From the NCBI GenBank assembly GCA_022712945.1, contig JAFLJP010000122.1:1853-65852 (forward strand): 64,000 nucleotides of DNA, read 5' to 3'. The stretch's first letter is position 1. The number at the start of each line of letters is the position of its first letter. The position numbers and the translations under genes are program-made. A model generated the notes under the pieces. It worked only from the letters and a program-made list of their open reading frames with translations. It had not been told where the DNA came from and made no database searches. This document shows, one piece after another, positions 31,028 through 42,958 of the stretch. This stretch comes from Gammaproteobacteria bacterium (GTDB lineage: Bacteria > Pseudomonadota > Gammaproteobacteria > RBG-16-57-12).

Positions 31028-32569
31028 TTACCAGGTGCCGTTAGCTTTAAACTGAGTCAGCGCATCTGTCATCTTTCCCGCAATTTCATCGTTGAAATTA
31101 GCAGTGTCGTTGATATCAGCAACCAGATCAGCAGCATTAGACTTAACGTATGCGTGCATCGCCTCTTCAAAATCCACAACCTTGGCGGCATCGACATCGT
31201 CGAGGAAACCTTCATTGGCTGCAAACAGTGAAAATGCCATCTCTGCGGTTGAGAGCGGAGCGTACTGCTTCTGCTTCATCAGCTCAGTAACACGGCGACC
31301 TCGTTCGATTTGTGCGCGGGTTGTATCATCCAGATCAGATGCAAATTGAGCGAATGCCGCCAATTCACGATACTGAGCTAAATCAAGACGAACACCACCA
31401 CCCAATTTCTTGATGATTTTGGTCTGTGCTGCACCACCCACTCGAGATACCGACAGACCGGCGTTAATCGCAGGACGGATACCGGAGTTGAACAGATCAG
31501 TTTCGAGGAAAATCTGACCATCAGTAATCGAGATAACGTTGGTGGGTACGAACGCAGAAACATCACCACCCTGTGTCTCGATAATAGGCAGTGCGGTTAA
31601 AGAACCGGTTTTGCCCTTAACCCGACCACCGGTCAGCTTCTCAACTTCAACCGTGTTGATACGCGATGCGCGTTCAAGCAGACGAGAGTGGAGATAGAAA
31701 ACGTCACCAGGATAGGCTTCACGTCCAGGTGGACGACGCAGCAGCAGTGATATTTGACGATATGCCCAAGCTTGCTTGGTCAGATCATCATATACAATCA
31801 GTGCATCTTCACCGTTATCACGGAAAAACTCACCCATTGAACAGCCTGCATAAGGGGCAACAAACTGCATTGCAGCCGAGTCAGATGCGGTAGCGGCAAC
31901 GATGATCGTGTTGCTCAGTGCGCCGTGTTCTTCCAGCTTACGTACAACGGCTGCGATAGAAGATGCCTTCTGACCAATGGCAACGTAGACACACTTGATA
32001 CCTGAATTTTTCTGGTTGATGATGGCATCGATCGCAACAGCCGTTTTACCTGTTTGACGATCACCGATGATCAGCTCTCGCTGACCACGGCCAACCGGTA
32101 CCATCGAATCGATCGCTTTCAAGCCCGTTTCAACCGGCTCATCAACAGATTGACGTGCAATTACACCCGGTGCAATTTTTTCAACCGGTGATGAAGTCGT
32201 CGTTTCGATTGGACCTTTACCATCAATCGGGTTACCCAGTGCATCAACGACTCGGCCTAATAGTGCCTCGCCGGTTGGTACTTCCAGGATTCGACCAGTA
32301 CACTTAACCGTGTCACCTTCCGAAATGCCCTCGAATGAACCCAGGATAACAGCACCAACAGAGTCACGTTCCAGGTTAAGTGCCATACCATAGATGTTGC
32401 CTGGGAATTCAATCATCTCACCCGACATAACGTCAGAGAGACCGTGGATTGTTGCTACACCGTCTGCGATACTGACAACAGTACCTTCGTTTGAGGCGCA
32501 AGTATCTACCTCAAAGTTTTTGATGCGGTTCTTAATTTGTTCACTGATTTCCGATGGAGTCAGTTGCAT
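31028..32569 (-). CDS. atpA: F1 ATP synthase alpha subunit
   Basis: Walker A GDRQTGKT and alpha signature. Confidence 0.98.
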   Translation of the reverse strand: MQLTPSEISEQIKNRIKNFEVDTCASNEGTVVSIADGVATIHGLSDVMSGEMIEFPGNIYGMALNLERDSVGAVILGSFEGISEGDTVKCTGRILEVPTGEALLGRVVDALGNPIDGKGPIETTTSSPVEKIAPGVIARQSVDEPVETGLKAIDSMVPVGRGQRELIIGDRQTGKTAVAIDAIINQKNSGIKCVYVAIGQKASSIAAVVRKLEEHGALSNTIIVAATASDSAAMQFVAPYAGCSMGEFFRDNGEDALIVYDDLTKQAWAYRQISLLLRRPPGREAYPGDVFYLHSRLLERASRINTVEVEKLTGGRVKGKTGSLTALPIIETQGGDVSAFVPTNVISITDGQIFLETDLFNSGIRPAINAGLSVSRVGGAAQTKIIKKLGGGVRLDLAQYRELAAFAQFASDLDDTTRAQIERGRRVTELMKQKQYAPLSTAEMAFSLFAANEGFLDDVDAAKVVDFEEAMHAYVKSNAADLVADINDTANFNDEIAGKMTDALTQFKANGTW

Positions 32570-32591
32570 TTGCTAATCCTCTTCATGGAAA

Positions 32592-33128
32592 TTATCGGGA
32601 CATTGCAGAGGTCAGACCTTTCAATTGGCCAGTGACACTTCCGTCGATTACCAGATCACCTGCACGAACGATTGCTCCACCTAACAGGCTTTCGTCAATC
32701 TTACATGTCAAGGTCACTTCACGTCCCAAACGATTCTTCAACGCTGCTTTGATTTTCTTCTGCTCTGCTTCACCGACTTCGAATGCAGAAACAATTTCCG
32801 CTTCGATAGTTTTTTCGGCTTCAGCACGCAGCTCATCAAACATCTCTGCAATTTCGGGTAAAACACCAATACGCTTGTTATTAACAAGCAGTTTCACCAA
32901 GCCCTCGCTACCCGCTACCCGCTTATCGCCAGCAGTGGAGACCATCAGTTCGACGATGTTATCGTCAGCGACAGAGGGGTTATTTGCCAACACCGAAAAT
33001 TCAGCATTGGCAGAGATAGCAGAGAGCAATTGCAGCGTTTCAGACCATTCACCTAATTTAGCCTCATCAGTTGCCAGCTCAAAAACAGCTTTAGCATACG
33101 GACGGGCGATAGTGATTTTTTCAGCCAT
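32592..33128 (-). CDS. atpH: F1 ATP synthase delta subunit
   Basis: Family similarity, operon position. Confidence 0.95.
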   Translation of the reverse strand: MAEKITIARPYAKAVFELATDEAKLGEWSETLQLLSAISANAEFSVLANNPSVADDNIVELMVSTAGDKRVAGSEGLVKLLVNNKRIGVLPEIAEMFDELRAEAEKTIEAEIVSAFEVGEAEQKKIKAALKNRLGREVTLTCKIDESLLGGAIVRAGDLVIDGSVTGQLKGLTSAMSR

Positions 33129-33138
33129 AACGTTCGCC

Positions 33139-33609
33139 TTAAATCTTTGCAGCCAGCTCGTTTAGCAGGTCGCTGTGGGTTTTTGCATCGATTTCCTTTT
33201 TCAGGATCTTCTCTGCACCCGCAACTGCTATCGAAGCTAGTTGACTACGCAATTGCTCTTTTGCTTGAGCAACTTCGCGCTCGATTTCAGCTTGGGCGGC
33301 GTTAACAATACGCTCACCTTCGGCTCGTGCGTTCTCTTTCGACTCTTCAACAATCTCAGAAGAACGTTTTTGTGCTTGCGCGATGATTTCAGCTGACTGC
33401 TTCTTGGCGTCATGTAGCACTTCTTTAGCGCGATTCTCAGCCATTTCCTGCTCGTGCTTACCTTTTTCAGCCGCTGCAAGCCCGTCAGCAATACGCTTTT
33501 GACGAGCTTCCATCATCTCTGAAAGAGGGCCCCACAGAACCTTGTTTATGAACCAGATCAGCAGGATGAATGCAATCATCTGCGGGATCAATGTTACTGT
33601 AATATTCAC
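33139..33609 (-). CDS. atpF: F0 ATP synthase subunit b
   Basis: N-terminal TM helix plus long charged coiled coil. Confidence 0.95.
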   Translation of the reverse strand: MNITVTLIPQMIAFILLIWFINKVLWGPLSEMMEARQKRIADGLAAAEKGKHEQEMAENRAKEVLHDAKKQSAEIIAQAQKRSSEIVEESKENARAEGERIVNAAQAEIEREVAQAKEQLRSQLASIAVAGAEKILKKEIDAKTHSDLLNELAAKI

Positions 33610-33662
33610 GTTTCTTTCTCCTCGGTTTGCTTACCCCTGGGAGTTCGCAATCTGCCCTAAGT

Positions 33663-33950
33663 TTAGATACCAGCGATAGCTGTAGACAGAGCACCGACGA
33701 AAGGATTAGCGAACAAGAACCACATTGCAAATGCTAGGATGATGAAAGGGAAAGACTCCATCAGACCAGCGAAGATGAACATGTTAGTCATCAATGCAGG
33801 GCGCATTTCTGGTTGACGTGCAATGCCTTCCAGTGTTTTCGCACAGATCAGGCCCCAACCGATAGCAGAACCCATACCTGCTGCCGCCAGAATTACACCA
33901 ACACCTACTGCTGTGTAGGCATAGATCATCGCAATCATATCAGCTGTCAT
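33663..33950 (-). CDS. atpE: F0 ATP synthase subunit c
   Basis: Two-helix proteolipid with ARQPE loop motif. Confidence 0.9.
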   Translation of the reverse strand: MTADMIAMIYAYTAVGVGVILAAAGMGSAIGWGLICAKTLEGIARQPEMRPALMTNMFIFAGLMESFPFIILAFAMWFLFANPFVGALSTAIAGI

Positions 33951-34032
33951 TGTTACATCTCCTTCGAGGATAGTTATTTATAAATTTATAAAAAAGTAAA
34001 ACCAAAAACCAAAATTGCCACAACATGAAGTG

Positions 34033-34872
<840 letters not shown>

Positions 34873-35247
34873 TTAGCCGCGCGCATTTATCAGATTGCTG
34901 AGTTGCGCCAGGAAAAATCCCACAAACATCGCGAGGGGGTCAAAACCTACAACCCCTAAACCTAGTGCAAACAGAACCAATATTAAAATAAACCGTTGTG
35001 CCGCCCCAAGATAGAGAATCAACATACTTCCCTTCTGGTCGTGCTGCGCCATCTCTGCCGCTCGCTTTACGCCGTACCTCAGCACCAATAGCAGTGTGAT
35101 ACTGACACTGGCACCTGCAAATGCAGAGATCGCAGGCCAGCTCCCGGCGTAGAGCATAAAACCGATAAAAGAAACCAGGCCAACAATCAGTTGGGCCACA
35201 AGCACTTTTCGCGCCTTGGCTTCTATTGCTTGGGTTGCTGGATTCAA
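34873..35247 (-). CDS. atpI: ATP synthase protein I
   Basis: Small 4-TM protein first in the atp operon. Confidence 0.8.
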   Translation of the reverse strand: MNPATQAIEAKARKVLVAQLIVGLVSFIGFMLYAGSWPAISAFAGASVSITLLLVLRYGVKRAAEMAQHDQKGSMLILYLGAAQRFILILVLFALGLGVVGFDPLAMFVGFFLAQLSNLINARG

Positions 35248-35552
35248 AACATCTCCGGATGCGTTAGTAATTTATAAACCTTCAGCATCCCGCCAACAAA
35301 GCCCAGCACACAAAACAAAAACATAAATATGGGGGTTGTTCCAAGCCACCAGTCAACGAGAAATCCGAGGATCAGCCCCGCTATAATCATCGACGTTAAC
35401 ATTTGGCCCACACCCAGCAGTAGCAAATTCAGTTTTTTTTCTTTTTCTTTCACTGTATTGGCACTCTTGGTGTGTTGCCTGTGCGTGCGTTTATAGTCGC
35501 AATTTCCTACACATGCGGCGCGCAGTATATGACAGCGGGAATAGCAGGTCAA
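35244..35552 (-). CDS. AtpZ/AtpI-like small membrane protein (true start probably internal)
   Basis: LLLGVGQMLTSMIIAGLILGFLVDWWLGTTPIFMFLFCVLGFVGGMLKVYKLL resembles the AtpZ family; the N-terminal 40 aa of the ORF look non-coding. Confidence 0.5.
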   Translation of the reverse strand: MTCYSRCHILRAACVGNCDYKRTHRQHTKSANTVKEKEKKLNLLLLGVGQMLTSMIIAGLILGFLVDWWLGTTPIFMFLFCVLGFVGGMLKVYKLLTHPEMF

Positions 35553-35587
35553 ATGCCATTAAAGCCTCTTTCTAAGATTCCCGCCAA

Positions 35588-36463
35588 CTACTTCACGTGA
35601 GCCAAAATCCCATCCAGTTCATCAAGGTTGCTGTAGTGAATGATCACTCTCCCTTTTCCTTTTGCACCGTGTTGAAATTTTACTTTGGCACCCAGTCGCT
35701 CAGAGAGTTCGTTCTGTAGTCGTTGAATGTCGGGGTCAATCCGTGTTGCGGGTGTGCTTTTGTCTCTGTCGCTGGCATAGCGACGCACCAACTGCTCGGT
35801 CTCCCGCACAGAGAGCGCTTTTGCCACCACTTCCCGGGCGGCTTGCTCTTGACTCTCATCTTGCAAACTCAGCAGTGCGCGGGCGTGCCCCATTTCCAGG
35901 TCACCCCGTTCCAGCAGTTTTCTTACATCGCGGTTGAGGCTCAGCAATCGCAGCAGATTACTGACGCTGGCTCTCGAACGCCCCACGGCATCGGCTGCCT
36001 GTTGGTGCGTCATTTCAAACTCTTCGATCAGGCGTTGCAGTGCTTGTGCTTCTTCTATTGGGTTGAGGTTTTCGCGTTGGATATTTTCAATCAGCGCCAT
36101 CGCAATGGCTGCTTCATCGGGTACATCACGAATCAGTGCCGGTATTGCCTGCAACCCGGCAATTTGTGCGGCACGCCAGCGGCGTTCACCGGCGATGATT
36201 TCGTAGTGGCCCGGTTTGTCGATCGGGCGTACCACAATCGGCTGTACGATACCTTGCGAACGTATGGATTCGGCAAGGTCTTCCAGTGAGTCGGCGTGCA
36301 TGTCGATGCGGGGTTGGTACTTGCCCGGCTGAATTAATTCGATAGATAACTTTCGCAGCTCGCCATCTTTTGCCGTATCCGACTCAGCGCCATTGCTGCT
36401 TGCTTTACCTGCACTACCACCGAGCAGTGCACCCAGATTACGCCCCAGTGCTTTTTTAACCAT
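35588..36463 (-). CDS. parB: chromosome partitioning protein ParB
   Basis: ParB box GERRWRAA and HTH region. Confidence 0.95.
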   Translation of the reverse strand: MVKKALGRNLGALLGGSAGKASSNGAESDTAKDGELRKLSIELIQPGKYQPRIDMHADSLEDLAESIRSQGIVQPIVVRPIDKPGHYEIIAGERRWRAAQIAGLQAIPALIRDVPDEAAIAMALIENIQRENLNPIEEAQALQRLIEEFEMTHQQAADAVGRSRASVSNLLRLLSLNRDVRKLLERGDLEMGHARALLSLQDESQEQAAREVVAKALSVRETEQLVRRYASDRDKSTPATRIDPDIQRLQNELSERLGAKVKFQHGAKGKGRVIIHYSNLDELDGILAHVK

Positions 36464-36484
36464 TATCTTCCTCTAACATCCGAT

Positions 36485-37258
36485 TTATGCTGATTCAGTA
36501 CGACGCCCCAGCTCACCCGCTAACGCCAGATAAGCTTGTGCCCCCCGTGAGCTGCGATCATATTGCAGCACCGGCAAGCCATGACTGGGCGCTTCTGCCA
36601 GTTTGATATTACGCGGAATAGCGGTTCGAAATACCTTGTCGCCAAAGTGTTCACGCAACTGTTTAACTACTTCGCTTGAAAGCCGGTTTCGCGGATCAAA
36701 CATGGTGCGCAGTAACCCCTCTATCGCTAGATCAGGATTGACCGCCAGCTTGACCTGCTCAATGGTATCCAGCAGCGCGGCCAGACCCTCCAGTGCGTAA
36801 TATTCACACTGCATTGGAATGATGACACTTTTTGCCGCAGTCAATGCGTTGAGCGTCAACATGTTCAAGGAGGGAGGGCAGTCAATCAGGATGTAGTCAT
36901 AACGGGATTCAACTTGTGTCAACGCCCGCTGTAGTCGCGCTTCGCGGCTTAGCTCGTGTAACAGATTGACCTCCGCTGCGGTCAAATCACTGTTTGCGGG
37001 TAACAGATCAAAACCCGACTGTACGCTGGGTAAAATAGCCTGTTCGATGTCGACCTCATTCATCAACACCTCGTTTGCAGTATATTTCAGGTCGTACTTG
37101 TCGATGCCTGCGCCCATGGAGGCGTTGCCCTGCGGGTCGAGGTCGACCATCAGAACACGGCGTTTCATTGCCGCTAGAGAGGCAGAGAGATTGACGCAGG
37201 TGGTGGTTTTGCCCACACCGCCTTTTTGATTGGTAATTGCGATAATCTTGGTCATCAA
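36485..37258 (-). CDS. parA: chromosome partitioning ATPase ParA/Soj
   Basis: Deviant Walker A KGGVGKTT. Confidence 0.95.
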   Translation of the reverse strand: MMTKIIAITNQKGGVGKTTTCVNLSASLAAMKRRVLMVDLDPQGNASMGAGIDKYDLKYTANEVLMNEVDIEQAILPSVQSGFDLLPANSDLTAAEVNLLHELSREARLQRALTQVESRYDYILIDCPPSLNMLTLNALTAAKSVIIPMQCEYYALEGLAALLDTIEQVKLAVNPDLAIEGLLRTMFDPRNRLSSEVVKQLREHFGDKVFRTAIPRNIKLAEAPSHGLPVLQYDRSSRGAQAYLALAGELGRRTESA

Positions 37259-37908
37259 ATCTGCTCGTTAGGGTCTTGGGTACCCTCTGGTGAATCGATC
37301 AATACCACGTGGCGCTCTGCATCCAGTCCGGGCACAGTCAGCTGATGCTGGTCAAGAATACGGAAGCTATTCGGGAGCTGCTCTCGCTCTTCCCGTGGGT
37401 TGACTCCCTTCATCGCTAGAAATATACCACCTTTGTTACGAAGGTGCGCGCACCAGCTGAGCATATCGAATAATGAGGCAAAGGCACGTGACAAGACCAC
37501 ATCAAAGGGGTGTTCCGGTTGATATTGTTCTACCCGGCTATGCTCTACCGTAACATTTTTCAACCTTAACTCAATCGCCGCTTGCTTAACAAAGCGGGTT
37601 TTTTTACTGTTACTGTCAAGTAGTACAAATTGCTTTTCAGGTAGCATAATAGCCAAAATAATACCCGGAAGACCGGCACCACAGCCCACATCAACAATTC
37701 GGTTGCCCTGCAGATAGGGCAGTACCGCAAGGCTGTCTAATAGATGGTGTGTGATCATCTTTTGGGGGGCGGTGATGGCGGTCAGGTTATAGACCCTGCT
37801 CCACTTGAGGAGCATCTCCTGATACTTCAATAGCGTCTCAAGCTGCGCGTCACTTACCGAAATGCCCAGCTGCTGACAGCCTTGGGCGAGCTGTTGTTTT
37901 AGGCTCAT
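37255..37908 (-). CDS. rsmG: 16S rRNA (guanine527-N7)-methyltransferase
   Basis: GidB family; SAM motif [11 protein letters not shown]. Confidence 0.95.
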   Translation of the reverse strand: MSLKQQLAQGCQQLGISVSDAQLETLLKYQEMLLKWSRVYNLTAITAPQKMITHHLLDSLAVLPYLQGNRIVDVGCGAGLPGIILAIMLPEKQFVLLDSNSKKTRFVKQAAIELRLKNVTVEHSRVEQYQPEHPFDVVLSRAFASLFDMLSWCAHLRNKGGIFLAMKGVNPREEREQLPNSFRILDQHQLTVPGLDAERHVVLIDSPEGTQDPNEQI

Positions 37909-39785
37909 TTTCCAGCTCTCTTTTTCACAAATACCAACAGCAGGGAGATTGCCGCCGGAGTCACACCGGGAATGCGTGACGCCTGGCCAATCGTCTGTGG
38001 TTGATGCGCCACCAGCTTTTGAGATACTTCAGCAGAGAGCCCCGAAACCGTTGTGTAGTCAAACCCCTCGGGAATTTTACTCTCTTCATTGAGCCTTGTG
38101 CGGGCAATTTCATTGCGTTGGCGTGCAATGTATCCTGCATATTTCACTTGCACTTCAACCTGTTCAGCAACCACGGGTTCACAAACTCCCGGGCCTGCTG
38201 CATCAAGCTGCATGAGTGAGTGATAGCTCACTTCCGGGCGGCGCAATAGATCTTCCAGGTTATACTCCCGGCTCAAACGCTGGCCAATCGCCTCTTCAAC
38301 GCTCTTTTGATCAATTTTTTGTGGCGATAACCAGGTGCTTTTCAAGCGTTGCAGCTCTTGCTCTACTGCCTCTCGCTTTACCTCAAATGCAGACCAGCGT
38401 TCATCACTCACCAAGCCCAGCTCGTGCCCTTTCGGTGTTAGTCGCATGTCGGCATTATCCTCTCGCAGTAGCAGGCGATACTCGGCTCGTGAGGTAAACA
38501 TGCGATAGGGCTCTTGAGTGCCCTTGGTAATCAGGTCATCAATCATTACACCAATATAAGCTTCATCTCGGCGCGGGCTCCAGGGTGCCTTCTGCTGAGT
38601 TTGCAACGCGGCGTTCATCCCGGCAATCAAGCCCTGGGCAGCCGCCTCTTCATAACCGGTGGTGCCATTAATCTGCCCGGCAAAAAATAGGCCGGGCATG
38701 CATTTGGTCTCCAAGGTGTCTTTTAAGCCACGAGGGTCAAAAAAGTCATACTCAATCGCATAACCGGGGCGAATAATGTGGGCATTTTCAAATCCTTTCA
38801 TCGAACGGACCAGTGCCATTTGCACATCAAACGGAAGCGAGGTTGAGATACCATTGGGGTAGACCTCGTGGGTGGTCAAGCCCTCTGGTTCGACAAAAAT
38901 CTGGTGGGACTTTTTATCGGCAAAGCGGGTCACTTTATCTTCAATAGAGGGACAATAACGTGGCCCCACCCCCTCAATTACACCGGTATACATTGGCGAG
39001 CGATCCATACCACCACGAATGATCTCATGGGTCTGCTCATTGGTATGGGTGATATAACAGGGAATCTGCTGTGGATGCTGCTCGGCTCTGCCCATAAAGG
39101 AGAAGGTGGGCACAGGGTCATCCCCCGGCTGTGGCTCTAAAAGATCAAAATTAATGGTGCGCCCATCAATACGCGGCGGGGTACCCGTTTTCAGGCGATC
39201 AACCGCGAAGGGCAGTTCACGCAAGCGCTGGGCAAAGGCGTTGGCCGGTGGGTCACCGGCACGGCCACCGTCAAAGCTCTCCAAGCCGATATGAATCCGT
39301 CCGCCAAGAAAAGTCCCCACGGTTAACACCACCGTGGGTGCTGAAAAGGCCAGACCCATCCGGGTCACGATGCCGGTAACCGCCCGCCCCTCCACGATCA
39401 GGTCATCCACCGACTGCTGAAACAGTGTCAGGTTGGGCTGGTTTTCAAGCGCTTCCCGCACCACGGCTTTATAGAGCAGGCGGTCAGTCTGGGCGCGGGT
39501 TGCACGCACCGCAGCTCCTTTGCTCGAATTGAGGGTGCGAAACTGAATGCCGCTTTTATCCGCAGCATGCGCCATCACCCCACCCAGTGCATCCACCTCT
39601 TTCACCAGATGTCCCTTGCCAATGCCTCCGATCGCCGGATTACAGGACATCTGCCCAAGGGTATCAATATTGTGGGTCACCAACAGCGTGTTAACTCCCA
39701 TCCGTGCCGCCGCCAACGCTGCTTCGGTTCCGGCATGGCCACCACCCACCACAATGACATCAAATTTATCCTGAAAAAACATCAC
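37905..39785 (-). CDS. mnmG: tRNA uridine 5-carboxymethylaminomethyl modification enzyme
   Basis: FAD-binding N-terminus [14 protein letters not shown] and full-length GidA similarity. Confidence 0.98.
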   Translation of the reverse strand: MMFFQDKFDVIVVGGGHAGTEAALAAARMGVNTLLVTHNIDTLGQMSCNPAIGGIGKGHLVKEVDALGGVMAHAADKSGIQFRTLNSSKGAAVRATRAQTDRLLYKAVVREALENQPNLTLFQQSVDDLIVEGRAVTGIVTRMGLAFSAPTVVLTVGTFLGGRIHIGLESFDGGRAGDPPANAFAQRLRELPFAVDRLKTGTPPRIDGRTINFDLLEPQPGDDPVPTFSFMGRAEQHPQQIPCYITHTNEQTHEIIRGGMDRSPMYTGVIEGVGPRYCPSIEDKVTRFADKKSHQIFVEPEGLTTHEVYPNGISTSLPFDVQMALVRSMKGFENAHIIRPGYAIEYDFFDPRGLKDTLETKCMPGLFFAGQINGTTGYEEAAAQGLIAGMNAALQTQQKAPWSPRRDEAYIGVMIDDLITKGTQEPYRMFTSRAEYRLLLREDNADMRLTPKGHELGLVSDERWSAFEVKREAVEQELQRLKSTWLSPQKIDQKSVEEAIGQRLSREYNLEDLLRRPEVSYHSLMQLDAAGPGVCEPVVAEQVEVQVKYAGYIARQRNEIARTRLNEESKIPEGFDYTTVSGLSAEVSQKLVAHQPQTIGQASRIPGVTPAAISLLLVFVKKRAGK

Positions 39786-40086
39786 TACACACCCAACGCA
39801 CCCGGAAAGCCGATCATTCTACGCTACCGCTAGCGGTGGTGCCAATGAGCAATATAGCCCAAATCCCCATTTAGAGTTCCAGCATGTTCACGGTAGTGCC
39901 CAAAGCTTTTTTCTATTTGGTGCAGCAAGCCTTTCCATCCCTTTTTTTACTGTCGAAATTACTTACATATTTAATTGTATTTATTATTGTTTTATCTACA
40001 ACTATAAGTAATATATGAGAAAGTAATTCCTGGCATGCGCATTGCATTTCATTATTTTAAATATGGTAATAAATTAAATAAATAGG

Positions 40087-40923
40087 ATGTTAATAATGAT
40101 GCAGTGTCAATCGAACTATTCTCGTAGTGTCATGGGTTCTCTTCTGGGTGCGGCACTTTTGATCGCCACTCCGGCCAGTGCGGGAACCATTAGTAGCTTC
40201 AGTGATTGGCAGATCAGTCATGCTGATCTCTCCAGTGGTAATAGTGCGGTCTACTATACGACGGAAGACCAGCATACTGATTACCTGGATCCAGGCTATG
40301 GTGGTCAGGGGTATGATGCGGAAGCTATTTACACAACATGGGATGCCAACTACCTGTATATCGGTATGATGACAGGGCGTGAACAGAACCCGAGCAGCGG
40401 TTGGGCTCCTGGTGATATCGCAATCGACCTTGGCTCTAATGGCCGCTATGAGTTCGGTCTGGTCACCTCAAGTGCGACAGGCTCTAATCCTGCAACCGCT
40501 GGTGTCGGATCGCCGGGTGATCTATTTGCAGTGAGTGGTTGGAATTATGGTATTTGGGATGCTTCCGGCAATCATGTGGGTGCGAATAGCCCGCTGGTGG
40601 ATACGGATCACCCAACCAGTGTTGCTTCTGGTAATGTGATTGGCAGTGCGGATCACTTTTTATACAGCTCAATTGGTAGCGGCTACGGTGATTGGGGCAA
40701 TGATGAACACTATTTCATCTCCGCTGCCATCGATCTGAGCCTTCTGGGTGGCGCGGCACTTATGGATGATGGTCTCTCTCTCCATTGGGCGGCGAATTGT
40801 AATAATGACTGGATACTGCTTGATGTTCCAGCCAGCCCGGTCCCTGCCCCTCTTCCCCTGATGCTGCTGGCAGCGGGGCTGTTGGGGTTAATGGCTACCC
40901 GCCGAGCGAAGCGCTCTGTATAG
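40087..40923 (+). CDS. secreted G/S/D/N/W-rich protein with PEP-CTERM-like (VPXXXP-CTERM-type) C-terminal sorting signal
   Basis: Signal peptide ending ATPASA; C-terminus VPAPLPLMLLAAGLLGLMATRRAKRSV = VPxxxP motif + TM helix + basic tail, the architecture recognised by exosortases. Confidence 0.55.
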   Translation: MLIMMQCQSNYSRSVMGSLLGAALLIATPASAGTISSFSDWQISHADLSSGNSAVYYTTEDQHTDYLDPGYGGQGYDAEAIYTTWDANYLYIGMMTGREQNPSSGWAPGDIAIDLGSNGRYEFGLVTSSATGSNPATAGVGSPGDLFAVSGWNYGIWDASGNHVGANSPLVDTDHPTSVASGNVIGSADHFLYSSIGSGYGDWGNDEHYFISAAIDLSLLGGAALMDDGLSLHWAANCNNDWILLDVPASPVPAPLPLMLLAAGLLGLMATRRAKRSV

Positions 40924-40954
40924 AAAGTTTGTGTGAGTGGATCGTTGAAAGAGA

Positions 40955-40977
40955 GGGCAGTGATGACTGCCCTTTTT
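40955..40977. terminator. rho-independent terminator between convergent genes
   Basis: GGGCAGT-gatg-ACTGCCC followed by TTTTT on the plus strand. Confidence 0.6.
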
Positions 40978-40998
40978 GTATTGCCAGCCTTGGGGTGA

Positions 40999-41688
40999 TT
41001 AACGGTCCACAGCAGTTAGTGGCAGGATTTCAAATACCTCAATATCAAAAACCAGTACCGCATTGGCGGGAATTTGATCACTAAAACCCTTTTCGCCGTA
41101 AGCGAGTTCGGAGGGGATGGTGAGCTGCCATTTACTGCCCATCGGCATCATGGGTAACGCTTCCTGCCAACCGGACATATTTTGACTAACTAGCAGCTCG
41201 GCCGGGTTTCCACGCCCATAGCTGCTATCAAATACGGTGCCATCAATAAGGCGTCCTTCGTAATGTAGCTTGACTCGGTCACTTGCACTCGGTTTTGGCC
41301 CGGTTCCCACCGTTATAATGCGGTACTGTAAACCACTTTTTGTCGCCTTAACGCCTCGTTTGGTGGTATTGGCCTTCAGGTAAGCCTGGCCTTGCAATAA
41401 GCTTTTACGCCGTTTTTCCGCCACGGCTTTCTGTTGGCTCCTCTGGAATTCATTGACCGTCTGTTGTTGTGCGGTATGGTCCAGCAGTGGTTGGCTGGCA
41501 TCAATAAAATCACTAATGCCTTTGAACAGTGCGGTTTGATCAACCGGTATTTTTTCCATCTGCAGCTGTTGGCCAATCTGTTGACCGACAGTGTAGCTAA
41601 GTCGTTTTTCATCGCTATCCAGCATGACTTCAGCCTGTGCTGACACGCAAAATAGTAGCCCTGACGTTAACAAAATTACCTTTTTCAT
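40999..41688 (-). CDS. FKBP-type peptidyl-prolyl cis-trans isomerase (FkpA-like, periplasmic)
   Basis: Signal peptide, N-terminal helical domain, C-terminal FKBP domain (GTVFDSS..., ANAVLVFDIEV). Confidence 0.85.
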   Translation of the reverse strand: MKKVILLTSGLLFCVSAQAEVMLDSDEKRLSYTVGQQIGQQLQMEKIPVDQTALFKGISDFIDASQPLLDHTAQQQTVNEFQRSQQKAVAEKRRKSLLQGQAYLKANTTKRGVKATKSGLQYRIITVGTGPKPSASDRVKLHYEGRLIDGTVFDSSYGRGNPAELLVSQNMSGWQEALPMMPMGSKWQLTIPSELAYGEKGFSDQIPANAVLVFDIEVFEILPLTAVDR

Positions 41689-41774
41689 TGGTTACTCCAA
41701 ATCATTTTTCAACAAGCAGATTGTTTTTTTCCAAGGCCTCAGACTATATATTGTAGTCATTTGTTCCCTTGGGC

Positions 41775-42938
41775 CTAATGCCCATCCAAAAACTCACTGA
41801 CCGTGGTGTCCAAATATTGCCAACCACGTTCGGTTGTTTTAATGGTGTGCAACCCCCACTGAATTAACCCCTTCTGCTCCAGCCGCTTAAGTGTCGCCTC
41901 AACTTGTGTGATTGGCAGGCCGGTATGCTCGATAAAGAGTGTGGTTTCAAAGCCTTCTTTAAGGCGCAGTGCATTCATCATAAATTCAAGCCCCACCTCG
42001 TTACGGGGAATGACTTTCTCACCACCTAAAACAGCGGGAGAGCTGGCGGCCCCCAGGTACATTGCGGGTTGTTTTACCTTCCAGAGGCGGGTGATGTTCT
42101 GTTGTGCGGCATCGGAGATTTTGGCGTGTGCACCGGCACCAATGCCCAGGTAGTCACCAAACTGCCAGTAGTTGCTGTTGTGGCGACACGACATCCCTTT
42201 TTGGGCGTAGGCTGATACTTCGTATTGGTCAAAACTGGCTTCAGTCAGGGCGTGTTGCCCCTGTTGCTGCATCTCCCAGATCAGGTCACTGTTTGGCAAC
42301 GCCGGGGGCTGGTGGTGGAAGTGTGTATTGGGTTCCAGGGTCAGTTGATAATAGGAGAGGTGGGCGGGTTGCAGATCGATGGCGGTTGCCACATCCTCGG
42401 CTGCCATCTTCAAACTTTGCCCAGGCAGACCAAACATTAAATCCAAGTTAAAGCTTTCAAACCCAGCATCATGCGCCTGTTCTGCGGCGAAGATCGCCTC
42501 CTTGCGACCATGGATACGGCCCAGGCGATGCAGTGCATCATCATTAAAACTCTGAATGCCAATGGAGAGGCGATTAATGCCGGTGCTGCGAAATTCAGCA
42601 AACTTTCCCGCCTCCACCGTGCCGGGGTTTGCCTCCATGGTAATTTCACAATTTGCCACTAAGTTGAGTCGAGCCCTGATTCCCGAGAGCAGAAAATCTA
42701 ATGACTCTGGTGAAAAGAGGCTCGGGGTGCCACCACCAATAAAGACTGAGATCACCTTGCGCCCCCAGATGCGTGGTAAGTCCTGCTCCAGGTCTGCCAG
42801 CAGGGCGGCGATATAATCTCGTTGTAATAGACCCGCGCCCATCTCATGGGAGTTGAAATCACAATAAGGGCACTTCTGTACACACCAGGGGATATGTATG
42901 TAGAGGGAGAGTGGTGGCAGAGTGGTGAAGTTAAACAT
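41775..42938 (-). CDS. hemW: radical SAM family heme chaperone HemW
   Basis: CxxxCxxC motif CVQKCPYCDF and HemN-like C-terminal domain. Confidence 0.9.
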   Translation of the reverse strand: MFNFTTLPPLSLYIHIPWCVQKCPYCDFNSHEMGAGLLQRDYIAALLADLEQDLPRIWGRKVISVFIGGGTPSLFSPESLDFLLSGIRARLNLVANCEITMEANPGTVEAGKFAEFRSTGINRLSIGIQSFNDDALHRLGRIHGRKEAIFAAEQAHDAGFESFNLDLMFGLPGQSLKMAAEDVATAIDLQPAHLSYYQLTLEPNTHFHHQPPALPNSDLIWEMQQQGQHALTEASFDQYEVSAYAQKGMSCRHNSNYWQFGDYLGIGAGAHAKISDAAQQNITRLWKVKQPAMYLGAASSPAVLGGEKVIPRNEVGLEFMMNALRLKEGFETTLFIEHTGLPITQVEATLKRLEQKGLIQWGLHTIKTTERGWQYLDTTVSEFLDGH

Positions 42939-42958
42939 CGTGTTTGGGGCTCAGAGGG

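Noticed and set aside
35723-36289. 188-aa plus-strand ORF
   Set aside because: Antisense within the well-supported parB gene. High-GC codon-position artefact.
39786-40086. oriC call for the mnmG-downstream spacer
   Set aside because: Only one near-consensus DnaA box and no AT-rich 13-mer array. Kept as a low-interest synteny observation instead of a feature.
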